Notes under the pieces: generated by a model
The model's database searches: none
What the model was told of the DNA's origin: nothing
What the model saw: only the letters and a program-made list of their open reading frames with translations
In this document: positions 1 through 9,193 of the stretch, one piece after another
Layout: every line of letters starts with the position of its first letter
Numbering within the stretch: position 1 is the first letter of the stretch
Source: a virus
Length of the DNA stretch: 64,000 nucleotides
IMG/VR virus record: IMGVR_UViG_3300006043_000050
Coordinates: 6,954 to 70,953 of that record
Direction: 5' to 3' (one strand)
Translations under genes and position numbers: made by a program

Positions 1-2923
1 TCGTACCACGTTGCCGATCTGATAGATTGCCGCTCGCTCGCTCATCTTGCCGCTCCGCTGAAGACCGCTCAGCAACGATAGCAGAGTCCCCGTACTCTTT
101 CCGCAGCGCTTCCCAGGCCTGGCGGTTCACGCCTTCGGGGCTGTCACTATTCAGCGCGTTGTACTGCTCGAAGGTGATACCGGCCGAGGCACGATCAACG
201 TCCGCCTCGTACTGATCCTGCAGGCGCTGAATGGCCTGGTCGTAGCCCGGTGATCCTTTCTTGATGCCGGCGGCCTTGGCCTGGCGGTCGATGTAGCGCT
301 TGCGTGGGGTCGCCAGGATCTCCGGTAGGGCCGGCGCCTGGTCATTCGCTTGAGCGGGTACCGCCTCTTCACTGGCCGCTGATTGATCAGCAGCAGGCTG
401 CTCGCTCAGTGCACGCTGTCCGTCGTTGGTCTGTGTTGCAGCAGGAACACCTGCTCCACCAGCTTCTGCCGGTCGCCCGGCAACGGCAGGCCGTTCAGCC
501 ACAACTGGCTCTCGCGCCACGTTATCTGCCGCATCTGGCACAGCAGGCGTATCGCCTGCGGCTCGGTCATCAACAGGCCCTGGCCGACTATCAGCACCTT
601 GCACCTCCTGAGACGCCTGGTCAGTGAACGAACTGGGGAACTCGCGCGCGAGCGGCAGCAGCTCGGCCATCGGCGCATTGAGACGGATCACCTTCACATC
701 ACCGCCAGCCTCGCGCTCTGCCAGCCACTGATGGTGGCCATCAAGAACATAGCCATCACCGGACACCAGAATGGAGCGCTCGGTACCTCCCCGAGCAGCA
801 GCACGCCCTACCCGCTCCGGGCTGAACTCGGCCTGAGTCGGGCGAAGGCTGCGGGCGGGCACGGTCTGCTCTTCATGAGTGACGCCGCGGGCGTTCATGA
901 AATTGACCATAGCCCCGCGATGGTCTGCACGAATCTGCGGCATTTCAGCTCGCGGCACACCGAGGCTACCGGACTGCTGGTTGAAACCCACCCAGCCGCC
1001 GCCGAGGTCTTCACCCTGCAGGTCACGGGCAACGGTCGCACCGCTGTCACGCGCCCCGTCACGTGACAGGTCCGTGACAGGTCTATTAACGGTCGGCGCT
1101 TGGCGTTCCATGCCAGGCCCGCCAATCGGCCGGACCTGGGCGCCTGGCTCAACGAATGGCGCAGTCGCACCACGCTGCGCGTTGCCCTGGCTATCCACCA
1201 CCATGGTGCTCGGCGCAGGCAAGCCCAGCGGCGCGGGAGGCGGCACCGGCTCACGCGGTACAGCGACAGCCCACCCACCTTCATGCGGGACGATAATCGG
1301 GCTCTCGCCTTCGCGCTGCAGTTGGTTGAACAGGCCCAGCAAGCGCACGTCTCGTTCGCCACGGAATGGGCGCCCGTTCTTCTGCACGCGGATCTCGAAG
1401 TTCGGATCGCCAGCCACTGGCGTGGCCTGCACCTGCTCGGTCTGCATAGGCCCGGTATCCGACTCAACCGTCGGCAGTGGAAGCGGTTGCTCGATCTGCT
1501 CCACCTGTTGCGGGCCAGTGTCCGATTCGACGGTAGCAAGCGGCGGTTGAGTTGGCAGTTCGTCTACCTGCGGCACCAGTTCATCCAGGCCGCGAGCGTC
1601 CTGAGGGTCGAAGCCCTGCTGCGCCCAGGTGTCGAGTTGCCGCTGTGCGGCGGCCAGAGCCTCAGCCTCTGGCACCTCAACCATCGTCTGCAGGTCGCGA
1701 TTGTAGCGGTAGAATCGCAGATTGCCGTTCTCGTCCAGATCGGCCGGGAACAACTCCTGAGCGATCGCCAGTTGCTGGCTGATCGGCTCGTATCGACCAC
1801 CAGGCTGGGTATCGGGCGCACCGCTGAGCATCGACTGACGCACAGCATCCTGCACAGGGGTCTGGCTGCCAGTTGGAGCGCCATCAACGGCAGTTGCAGC
1901 AGCGGCAGACAGCGGGCCAGCAGCAGGGTCCAGCCCCATTTGCTCAGACGGTCGGCGTGCAACGTTGACCGCGCCGCCAATCGCGGAGCCTGCCAGCGTG
2001 CCTTCCACTGCGGCGCGCGGTACGCCCTCCATCAGCGGCTTCCGCTCTGCCCAGTTCTGCAGCATCTGCTCCTGAACGGACTGCGGCAGCTCTTCCAGCA
2101 CGCCCTCAGTCAGCGCGCCGCCTGCAACACGCCGGGCAAGACCTGACGATTGCCCGGCCACCTGACCAACGCCGCCAGCCAGTGCACTCTCTACGTCGAT
2201 TAGGCCAGCACGCTGCGCAAGGCGCGCACCAAAGCCACTCAGGGCAGCACCAGCTACGCCAGCACCAGCAGACGCCAGGGCAGCCCGTCGCGGGTCCACC
2301 TCGCGATCAATCTGATCCATGGTGCCGCCGGCAATCACAGCACCCTCACCACCAGCACCAGCAACAATGGCTTGCCGCGCCGCCTGGCCAGCAGTTGCCG
2401 GGTTTGCGATCAGCCCTGCAGCACGCCCACTCACCAGCGCACCACGGCCAATGGCACCACCCGCCAGCATCTGCGGCAGCGACTCAGCCACCAGACCGGC
2501 GACATTGCCCGGATTGCTCGCGTAGGCGCCAGCGATATCCAGGGCGTCACCCTCTTCCCAGGCCTGTTCGATCTCTGCGGTACCGGCCTGGCGCGCTGGG
2601 CTGTATTCGTCTCTTGCCTCTTCCTGCCATTTGCTGGGCTGGAAGCCTGTCGCCTCACCAATCTTGTCGGCGGTCTCGTCAACAACACGGCGGCCGGTCA
2701 GGGCGCCGACACCCACATCAGCCAGACCAGTGACCACGCCGGGCAACTGCTGCAAGCCGCGTTTCAAGTCGGTGCCCAGGTCGCCGAGAAGAGAGGTGTT
2801 CTGTTGCCGACCAGTTTCAGAGCGGAGGTCAAACTCATCAAGCAGATTTGACTTGTTGGTTGTTACTTCCTGCCCCTGCGATCCACCGTCGCGTAGACCA
2901 AATTCGTCAAGAAGATTTGCCAT
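1..2923 (-). CDS. Giant virion ejection / large polyvalent protein, N-terminal part only; contains a ParB/Srx-like domain
   Basis: Absent from the ORF track because it runs off the edge. I translated it from ATG 2923 (MANLLDEFGLRDGG...) with no stop down to position 1. It has an Ala/Gly-rich N-terminus and the segment SLRPTQAEFSPERV...SILVSGDGYVLDGHHQWLA (~640-900). Confidence 0.85.
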   Translation of the reverse strand, partial: MANLLDEFGLRDGGSQGQEVTTNKSNLLDEFDLRSETGRQQNTSLLGDLGTDLKRGLQQLPGVVTGLADVGVGALTGRRVVDETADKIGEATGFQPSKWQEEARDEYSPARQAGTAEIEQAWEEGDALDIAGAYASNPGNVAGLVAESLPQMLAGGAIGRGALVSGRAAGLIANPATAGQAARQAIVAGAGGEGAVIAGGTMDQIDREVDPRRAALASAGAGVAGAALSGFGARLAQRAGLIDVESALAGGVGQVAGQSSGLARRVAGGALTEGVLEELPQSVQEQMLQNWAERKPLMEGVPRAAVEGTLAGSAIGGAVNVARRPSEQMGLDPAAGPLSAAAATAVDGAPTGSQTPVQDAVRQSMLSGAPDTQPGGRYEPISQQLAIAQELFPADLDENGNLRFYRYNRDLQTMVEVPEAEALAAAQRQLDTWAQQGFDPQDARGLDELVPQVDELPTQPPLATVESDTGPQQVEQIEQPLPLPTVESDTGPMQTEQVQATPVAGDPNFEIRVQKNGRPFRGERDVRLLGLFNQLQREGESPIIVPHEGGWAVAVPREPVPPPAPLGLPAPSTMVVDSQGNAQRGATAPFVEPGAQVRPIGGPGMERQAPTVNRPVTDLSRDGARDSGATVARDLQGEDLGGGWVGFNQQSGSLGVPRAEMPQIRADHRGAMVNFMNARGVTHEEQTVPARSLRPTQAEFSPERVGRAAARGGTERSILVSGDGYVLDGHHQWLAEREAGGDVKVIRLNAPMAELLPLAREFPSSFTDQASQEVQGADSRPGPVDDRAAGDTPAVPDAADNVAREPVVAERPAVAGRPAEAGGAGVPAATQTNDGQRALSEQPAADQSAASEEAVPAQANDQAPALPEILATPRKRYIDRQAKAAGIKKGSPGYDQAIQRLQDQYEADVDRASAGITFEQYNALNSDSPEGVNRQAWEALRKEYGDSAIVAERSSAERQDERASGNLSDRQRGT
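1022..1078. repeat. Cluster of five GTCAC/GTGAC motifs including the palindrome GTCACGTGAC
   Basis: Motifs at 1022, 1046, 1058, 1063 and 1074; the 17-mer CGTGACAGGTCCGTGAC (1062-1078) is identical to 34904-34920. Confidence 0.75.
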
Positions 2924-2935
2924 TCCGCTCTCCAA

Positions 2936-2959
2936 AAGAAAACCCGCCGTAGCGGGTTA
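2936..2959 (-). terminator. Rho-independent terminator
   Basis: Minus strand AACCCGC-TACG-GCGGGTT followed by TTCTTTT. Confidence 0.75.
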
Positions 2960-3002
2960 AGTCTCTTGGTCAGCGATCTGAAAGACGAACCCTACAGGGG
3001 GT
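2960..3002 (-). promoter_or_regulatory. Phage late-promoter motif, copy A
   Basis: Minus strand ACCCCCTGTAGGGTT (2988-3002), then GAGACT 22 nt downstream; 65 nt upstream of ATG 2923. Confidence 0.75.
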
Positions 3003-3021
3003 TAGCATCAGATTTGAGCGA

Positions 3022-3513
3022 TTACTGACGACCGATCGTCGTCGATGTACTCCCATTTTGAATGGTGGTAGATCGGCTTCCATCGCTTCCAAAGCAATTC
3101 GTATAGGCACCATTGGTCAGGCAATTGGTGACCACCCTCTTACGACTTGGCTCAGGCTCTGGAATACCGTTCTCCGCGCGAATGCGCTTCTGCTCCATAC
3201 GCTCTCTAACGATCTCGCCAATAGTCGGAGACTTACTACTGTCTTTCACTACGGTGACTTTCGTTCCGGTTCCCGACTGAGAACTGTTGCCCCGCATAAT
3301 CTCGGCAGCCCGCAAATTACGCTCAATGACAGAAGCACTACTTTCAGGCTCAACCGTTCGCTGCACTTCTCCCAGGTACTGGGACTCACCACCGCCAGGC
3401 GGGCAAGGAACCTGAGAAAAAGCGATCGCACCATCAGGCCCGACACACTTGAATATCTGAGCGTTTGCAACCGATGCAAACATTACCGCCACGATGAAAA
3501 TGTAGATTTTCAC
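3022..3513 (-). CDS. Exported DUF4124-like protein (moron)
   Basis: GTG 3513 after GGAGG; signal peptide followed by AQIFKCVGPDGAIAFSQVPCP, a typical DUF4124 N-terminus. Confidence 0.7.
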   Translation of the reverse strand: MKIYIFIVAVMFASVANAQIFKCVGPDGAIAFSQVPCPPGGGESQYLGEVQRTVEPESSASVIERNLRAAEIMRGNSSQSGTGTKVTVVKDSSKSPTIGEIVRERMEQKRIRAENGIPEPEPSRKRVVTNCLTNGAYTNCFGSDGSRSTTIQNGSTSTTIGRQ

Positions 3514-3596
3514 GACGCCACCTCCATGCAGTAGCCCAACGCTACCACCAGCCTGACCATCAGTCACCTAGTCAGGCCACGACTCGACACGCGGCG

Positions 3597-5306
3597 CTAC
3601 TGACCTACAGATATGCCTCGTTCTCGCAGCAGTTCAATGACCCGCTCAGCGGTCATGCCTTCATCTCTAGCCGTTTGCTCTACCTCTGCGCGCGACACCT
3701 GTCTCCGTGAGCCTCGGCCCTCCTGAGAAGCTGAAACTGGCTGACCGGTAGTAACGTCAATGATCTGCCTGCCAACGATGGGCCGCCCAGTTTCATCACG
3801 ATCAAGGATAACGTCCTGCGTGATGTAGCGATCTTTCGCCTGAGTCGCCAGGACGTTGTAGGCCTGTTGAGCCACATTGCGCTGCTCTTCACTGATGTTC
3901 GGGTCGGAGATCTGCGCGCGCAGTTGCTCGAGGCGCTGCCGATCTTGAATGCCCAGTTCGCCCTCGTCGATCTGCTGTTGCAGGCGCTGCTGGTTGAGCT
4001 GTTCGGTACCCATACGCTGCACTTCCGCACCACGGCGGACAGACGCATCGGCAGACTCGTTCTGCAGGCGTTGCTGCATGGAGTCCAGTCTGGTGTTCTG
4101 GATCTCTGCCAAGGTTGGAGCACGTGAACTGTCACGAACCACGGTCACGCGCCCACCGCCTTCGCCGATCTGGCCACGGCGACTTTCCTGAATCGTCTGT
4201 GCACGGATATCGTTCGCGCGCCCGAAGCGATCGAGCGCCAGTTGAGAGTCACCTGGCTGGCCTACCGAAAACGTACCTCGACCATTTCCCACGTTACCGA
4301 CTTGACTGCCAGTACCTGCACCAGCTACTGCGGTTGGATCGTTGGTAAACTCAGGCACACCATTTTCACCAACTCGCCCAGCAACACCCTCACCGGCCTG
4401 GTTCCAGTCGGCGCTGGCACGCCCTGGCATGCCAAGGCGGGGCTGCTCGACCTGCACCTGCTCAGCTTGCGGGCGCGGCATACCAAGGCGCGGCTGCTCT
4501 GCTGGCTGTTCCTGGCGCGGTTGAACGCCAAGCGCGCTACGCGCGGCCTCACCGACACCGGAAAGAGCACCTCCGACACGATCAATACCAGCCTGAAACT
4601 GACTGACCGCCTCGTCACGATAGCGGGTAGATCCGCCTGGAAGCGTCGCCGGATCACCACCAGCCACATAAGCAGCGGCATTTCGAATAGCGTCCTGGCC
4701 AGCAGCGATCGGGGTACGCACAGCACCGGCCACCGCCTGAGCAGCGCCAAGCGGTACATCCAGCGCACGCGACCCGGTCGACGAAGCTTGTCCGGAAGGC
4801 TGGCGGGTAGGCATGCCAAGGCGCGGTAGCTCAGGCTGCATCAGGGTGGTGGTCGGCATACGCACGCCAAAGCCGCGGCGCGGCTCTTCGTCAACCAGGC
4901 CACCATCAGCAAAGAACTGGCGCGGGCCGTCGGCTTGCTGACCTTTCGCAGCAGCCATCACCGCCTTTGTGAGGCCGAACCCCTTCTGCTTGTGCGTGGC
5001 ATTCTTCAGCTGATCGAGCACCGCGGCGCCCAGCGCGTGCACGTCCTGCGGCGGCATTTCGTACTCGCCATTACTGACGGCAACCGGCACCTGCTTGCCA
5101 GGCATACCAAGCCGCGGCTGCTCCTGAGCAGGCGCACTCTGGCTCTTACGCCCAGGCATGCCCAGCCCGAGTTGAGCCGTGGTGTCGGCCGGCAGAATGT
5201 AAGTCCCTTCCGGAACATCCTTTCTGATCGAATCGGACGTGCCAGTGCCTGGCCCTTCGATCAATCCGCCGTTGGCGGCATGCTTGCGCTTGGGAAGCCC
5301 GTACAT
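3597..5306 (-). CDS. Internal virion / DNA-ejection protein with PRLGMP repeats
   Basis: 569 aa; GGLIEGPGTGTSDSI and FADGG motifs, five (R/G)LGMP repeats, coiled-coil C-terminus; lies next to the giant gene. Confidence 0.6.
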   Translation of the reverse strand: MYGLPKRKHAANGGLIEGPGTGTSDSIRKDVPEGTYILPADTTAQLGLGMPGRKSQSAPAQEQPRLGMPGKQVPVAVSNGEYEMPPQDVHALGAAVLDQLKNATHKQKGFGLTKAVMAAAKGQQADGPRQFFADGGLVDEEPRRGFGVRMPTTTLMQPELPRLGMPTRQPSGQASSTGSRALDVPLGAAQAVAGAVRTPIAAGQDAIRNAAAYVAGGDPATLPGGSTRYRDEAVSQFQAGIDRVGGALSGVGEAARSALGVQPRQEQPAEQPRLGMPRPQAEQVQVEQPRLGMPGRASADWNQAGEGVAGRVGENGVPEFTNDPTAVAGAGTGSQVGNVGNGRGTFSVGQPGDSQLALDRFGRANDIRAQTIQESRRGQIGEGGGRVTVVRDSSRAPTLAEIQNTRLDSMQQRLQNESADASVRRGAEVQRMGTEQLNQQRLQQQIDEGELGIQDRQRLEQLRAQISDPNISEEQRNVAQQAYNVLATQAKDRYITQDVILDRDETGRPIVGRQIIDVTTGQPVSASQEGRGSRRQVSRAEVEQTARDEGMTAERVIELLRERGISVGQ

Positions 5307-5332
5307 TGCCTATCTCCCATTGATGATGCTGG

Positions 5333-5376
5333 ATTGTTTGCCCCGTCCGCCAACCTGGCCAAACCCTACAGGGGGG
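5333..5376 (-). promoter_or_regulatory. Phage late-promoter motif, copy B
   Basis: CCCCCCTGTAGGGTT (5362-5376), then AACAAT 23 nt downstream; upstream of ATG 5306. Confidence 0.75.
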
Positions 5377-5976
5377 CTAAACCTCTACAGCCTGCTTGAA
5401 CTGCGTCCAGAACAACGGAACAGGCAGGTCGCCTTCCAGCCTTACCCGCGGTTGTGGGTAGTCCTCGATGATCGAAGCAGGGTCGATCGGGGGCAGTTGC
5501 TCCCATCCATCTGGCGCTACTTGGTCGCCAGGAAAGTAAAAGCCGCTGAGTTGAAAACTGGCAAGCGGTACAAACGCCCCACCCTGGTACAGTCCAACCT
5601 GCACAACGCCGCCCGCGTAACCTCCATCGCCGGACATAGAGCGCGACACGTAAAGCTCGATCGGCAGGTCCGCTGCGGTCAGCGGCACCACGTTGTTCGA
5701 CGGGTCGACAAGAACAAAGGCGCGCTCGGAATACTCACCAGCTGGCGCAACAGGAATCGTCAACGATGTAAGCCAAACAGCGCCTGGCTGATCCCAAGAC
5801 CAATCAATAGGGTCACCGTCCAGGCTGGCAAGTGTGTAAGCTGTCGGCTCGTATGGGTAGTCCGGTTCGAACCAGAGCCCCAAACCGATCTGCGCGTCGC
5901 CGTTGGTGTGCCACGACCCTTCAACCAGCTCGACCGGGTAGTAGCGAATTACTGCTGTTCCGTCTGGATAAGCCAT
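5377..5976 (-). CDS. Hypothetical virion-module protein
   Basis: 199-aa ORF in operon order with overlapping neighbours. Confidence 0.6.
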   Translation of the reverse strand: MAYPDGTAVIRYYPVELVEGSWHTNGDAQIGLGLWFEPDYPYEPTAYTLASLDGDPIDWSWDQPGAVWLTSLTIPVAPAGEYSERAFVLVDPSNNVVPLTAADLPIELYVSRSMSGDGGYAGGVVQVGLYQGGAFVPLASFQLSGFYFPGDQVAPDGWEQLPPIDPASIIEDYPQPRVRLEGDLPVPLFWTQFKQAVEV

Positions 5977-6488
5977 TCTGCAGCCTCCTGTTCAAACGCC
6001 TGCTGCGTTGTATGGTGGTGGTCGCCTGCAGGATGTACACGCCACACATACCCAACCTGCGGCAGTTGGTGAGGCCGAAGCAGGCTGCGCAGGCGCGCGT
6101 CTGTGGTGTGCGGTGACGACTCCATGGCCTTGACCCAGGGCAGCACGTCAGCGCGGCGGTACACGGTCAGCGCATGCCCGGCGCGAGGGAACGGGTAGCG
6201 TCGACCATCGAGATACTCGACAACCTCCATGGTGACCACTGCACGATGCTGCTGCAGCCCTGCCAGGCATGCCTCGACTGCCCCTGGCAGCAGGTAGTCA
6301 TCGGAATCGAGATAGGTCACGAACTCATGTTCGCCCTGCTGGTACCCGACAGCCCGCCCCTGGCCAACCGACTTTCCCGCGTTGTCGATCAGGTGGACGG
6401 TGACGCCCTGGCCTACCGTGCTGGCAATAGCCTGCTCGAGCCAATCGGCCCTGGTGCCTTCATGCGTGAGGATGTGCAGGTCAATCAT
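5949..6488 (-). CDS. Glycosyltransferase family 2 (GT-A fold)
   Basis: Start re-called at ATG 6488, overlapping the upstream TGA; LEQAIAS...HLIDN...GRAVG...FVTYLDSDDYLLPGAVE carries the DXD motif of GT2. Confidence 0.85.
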   Translation of the reverse strand: MIDLHILTHEGTRADWLEQAIASTVGQGVTVHLIDNAGKSVGQGRAVGYQQGEHEFVTYLDSDDYLLPGAVEACLAGLQQHRAVVTMEVVEYLDGRRYPFPRAGHALTVYRRADVLPWVKAMESSPHTTDARLRSLLRPHQLPQVGYVWRVHPAGDHHHTTQQAFEQEAAEWLIQTEQQ

Positions 6489-8260
6489 CCGAACATCCTC
6501 CCGTAGCGCGGCTGGCTGGCTGGCGATGCCAGGTAGAAGGTACCGAACCGACTGAATGATGCCGCCGGCACGAAATCCAGAGCACCGAAGCGCCCTTTCT
6601 TGATCGCAATCTTCGGTTCGTCCGCGTCGAGTATCGTGGCCACCTGAGCCATCGGCACTATCACGGCACCTTCCGTGTTGCGCACCTCTCGCTGATAGGT
6701 ACTCAAGCGCAGCGATCGAGGAATGCCGGCAGCAAGTGGCGCAGCAACCCCGGTAACAGTGATCCTGGCAATGCCGATCTGCGTCGCGCTGCTGCCATTG
6801 ATGAAGCCCCACCCCCAGACCTCACCGTCCGCGACGGGCGTCGAGAAGCCAATATTCTCGATGCCATTCCCGCCGTTGCCGGCGTTGCTGCTCGCCGGCA
6901 TCTCTTCCGGCCCGTATCCCAGCAACGCCTGTGTCTGGCTTATGGTTCCTGCTGCGCTCTCAGTGCGCAGCAGTGCGATATCGGAATGTATGGGCAACGT
7001 GGTCGGCGCGGCCGGCGAGATATCCGCATCGACTGCAGGCCTAGCCAGCAGCCTCATAAGTCGGTGACGCACTGGCATTCCAGACGCATCGAGAAAGAAG
7101 GTGTCTCGGTACTTCTGAACGAAGATACGCGCCGCTTCGATCTGCGGCAGGCCGGCATCCAATCCAGCGATCGAATCGACGAAACTCACCGACAGCGATC
7201 CGATTCCATTGGTCACCACCAGCAGCGCCTGGCCCGTCACAATGCGGTAAGAGCCACCCACAGCCTTGCGGCAGCGCGCCCGGAATGACACCAGGGTCAC
7301 CGGCACAGGATCTGCACCAGAGGCATCAACCCAGGCGTACACCGCAGGCAAGTCGAAGCCAGCAGCCTGAAACGTCCCGGCATCACCACTGAAGCTATCC
7401 GATTCCAGCGCCGAGCCAAGGTCTGCCGGCCCGACGATCTCGGACCATTCCAGAGTGGCCACACCATCCTGGTAGTGAATGCCCATTGCAAGCATTGATC
7501 CGACAGTCGACACCCCACCACCATCCGCCTCCAACTCGATGGCCACACTCAGGCGGCCACGGTGATAGTGGGCGACCGGCAGCCTGGCGCCGTAGCGAAT
7601 GGGCACGATAGGCGATCCCTCGTAGATCACGTGCCGCGGGTAGAAGCCACAGCCCGTCAGCCCCCGCACATAATCCTCGCTGAACGAAACCGACCGAACA
7701 GAACCCGCCCCCGCCCAGCGCACCAGCACTGCCAGCCAAACAGGCTGATCAGTCACCACGTAGCCGGTACCACCATCACCAGGCGGCTCAGCATCCGTGT
7801 AAAAGTGGACGAAGATCACCCCACCATCGAACTCGGTAGGAAACGAGTTGTAGAGCAGGAAAGGATCATCAGGAAGCGGATCGCCGAAGGCCTGAACCGC
7901 ACCCAGGCCACCCTGGCGCTCTTCGGCAGGCACCTCTGTCACTGCGTCGCTGCTCGGCGCCATGCGTTCCCGACCTGGCGACACCGAGGTCACGATACCG
8001 TCGATCATGGATTCGCCCACCAATGGATCAAGCACGCCACGGTACTGGTTAGAACCCTCGAACCGGCCAGGCACCTCGACAACATCGACAGTCACCCGGC
8101 CACCCTGCTTGCGCGCCTTGAACACGAAGCCGTCGAATATGCCGCTGCGCGAGCCGGTAGATCCAGACTGACGATGCAGGGCAGCGCCAAGCCTGTTGGC
8201 GTAACCTTTGTGCCTGGCGGCGACCGCACTGGTCGCGCGCAGCCGAACTGGCCCGGTCAT
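6485..8260 (-). CDS. Putative tail/virion structural protein
   Basis: 591-aa beta-rich ORF, translationally coupled within the late operon. Confidence 0.55.
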   Translation of the reverse strand: MTGPVRLRATSAVAARHKGYANRLGAALHRQSGSTGSRSGIFDGFVFKARKQGGRVTVDVVEVPGRFEGSNQYRGVLDPLVGESMIDGIVTSVSPGRERMAPSSDAVTEVPAEERQGGLGAVQAFGDPLPDDPFLLYNSFPTEFDGGVIFVHFYTDAEPPGDGGTGYVVTDQPVWLAVLVRWAGAGSVRSVSFSEDYVRGLTGCGFYPRHVIYEGSPIVPIRYGARLPVAHYHRGRLSVAIELEADGGGVSTVGSMLAMGIHYQDGVATLEWSEIVGPADLGSALESDSFSGDAGTFQAAGFDLPAVYAWVDASGADPVPVTLVSFRARCRKAVGGSYRIVTGQALLVVTNGIGSLSVSFVDSIAGLDAGLPQIEAARIFVQKYRDTFFLDASGMPVRHRLMRLLARPAVDADISPAAPTTLPIHSDIALLRTESAAGTISQTQALLGYGPEEMPASSNAGNGGNGIENIGFSTPVADGEVWGWGFINGSSATQIGIARITVTGVAAPLAAGIPRSLRLSTYQREVRNTEGAVIVPMAQVATILDADEPKIAIKKGRFGALDFVPAASFSRFGTFYLASPASQPRYGRMFG

Positions 8261-9192
8261 TCGCCAGACAGGATGTTGGCCTGCAGGGTACCGGCAGCGT
8301 TGACCGCACCCTCGGCAGCGGAAGCAAATGCGCTGGTGATCTGCCCAAGCGCGCTGTTCTTCTGGCCATCCGAAGCCGCAACGCGGAGCCTGTTCTCGTC
8401 CAGCTTGCCATTCATGCGCAGATTGGCCGCCTGCAGACGCAGCTCTTCGAAGCCGAGCTGCACCCGGTAGTACTGCGACATGGCATCGTTAAGCGACGCA
8501 TAAGCGGATACTTTCGCCCTGGTCGCCTCGATATCCTTGTTCGGCAAATCCATCAGGACGTTGTAGTAGTTTGCGATCGACTGGAAGATACCCATCTTCA
8601 GCGCGACAGCCTGCTGCTCTGCGAATTTCAGCAGGTCCAGCTTGATCTCGGCATCACGCACGGTCTGCGCGCGATTCACCTCACCGATCGCATCGGCTGC
8701 TCGCTCTTCTGCTCGGGTAATGGCCTTGAGCATCGCACCAGGCGGCGCAACAAATCCCCTGGCCGAGAACTCGGAGCGGATCTGCTCGACAGCCGTATTG
8801 CGGGATCGATACTCACGATCACGGCTTTCATGCCAGACCGCCTCGAACACATCCTTGCTCAGACCGAAAGGCTGCTGGCCGGTGATGATCCCTACCAGCC
8901 ATTCCTCCGGGGCGTAGCGCAGCGCGCCGCTGATCTCGGGAAAGTACTTGTCGATCAGACCTTCCGTCTCGGCGTTGATGAACTGCAGCGTGCTGCTGCT
9001 GCTGTCTAGCTGTAGAAAGTCAGTCAGCGCCGCCGGCTTCGGCATCTGCGGCACGTTCGGCGTATAGCCGAGATTCGCCGACGTGATGTTCGGGATGAAG
9101 GTACTGACGCGGCCAGATACGTTCGTAGCCCTTCCCAGCGCATCCTGGGCGAAGCTGAAGAGTTGCGCGATGTTGTCGTCGATACCGGCCAT
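8257..9192 (-). CDS. Putative virion structural protein (helical)
   Basis: 311-aa ORF coupled to its neighbours in the late operon. Confidence 0.6.
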   Translation of the reverse strand: MAGIDDNIAQLFSFAQDALGRATNVSGRVSTFIPNITSANLGYTPNVPQMPKPAALTDFLQLDSSSSTLQFINAETEGLIDKYFPEISGALRYAPEEWLVGIITGQQPFGLSKDVFEAVWHESRDREYRSRNTAVEQIRSEFSARGFVAPPGAMLKAITRAEERAADAIGEVNRAQTVRDAEIKLDLLKFAEQQAVALKMGIFQSIANYYNVLMDLPNKDIEATRAKVSAYASLNDAMSQYYRVQLGFEELRLQAANLRMNGKLDENRLRVAASDGQKNSALGQITSAFASAAEGAVNAAGTLQANILSGE

Positions 9193-9193
9193 G

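Noticed and set aside
27-2960. Plus-strand ORFs of 100-350 aa in the track
   Set aside because: They are antisense shadows of the single minus-strand giant gene, as expected in GC-rich DNA.
6489-6812. N-terminal 108 aa of the track's 5949-6812 ORF
   Set aside because: It overlaps the upstream 591-aa gene in another frame; the GT2 fold starts at ATG 6488.
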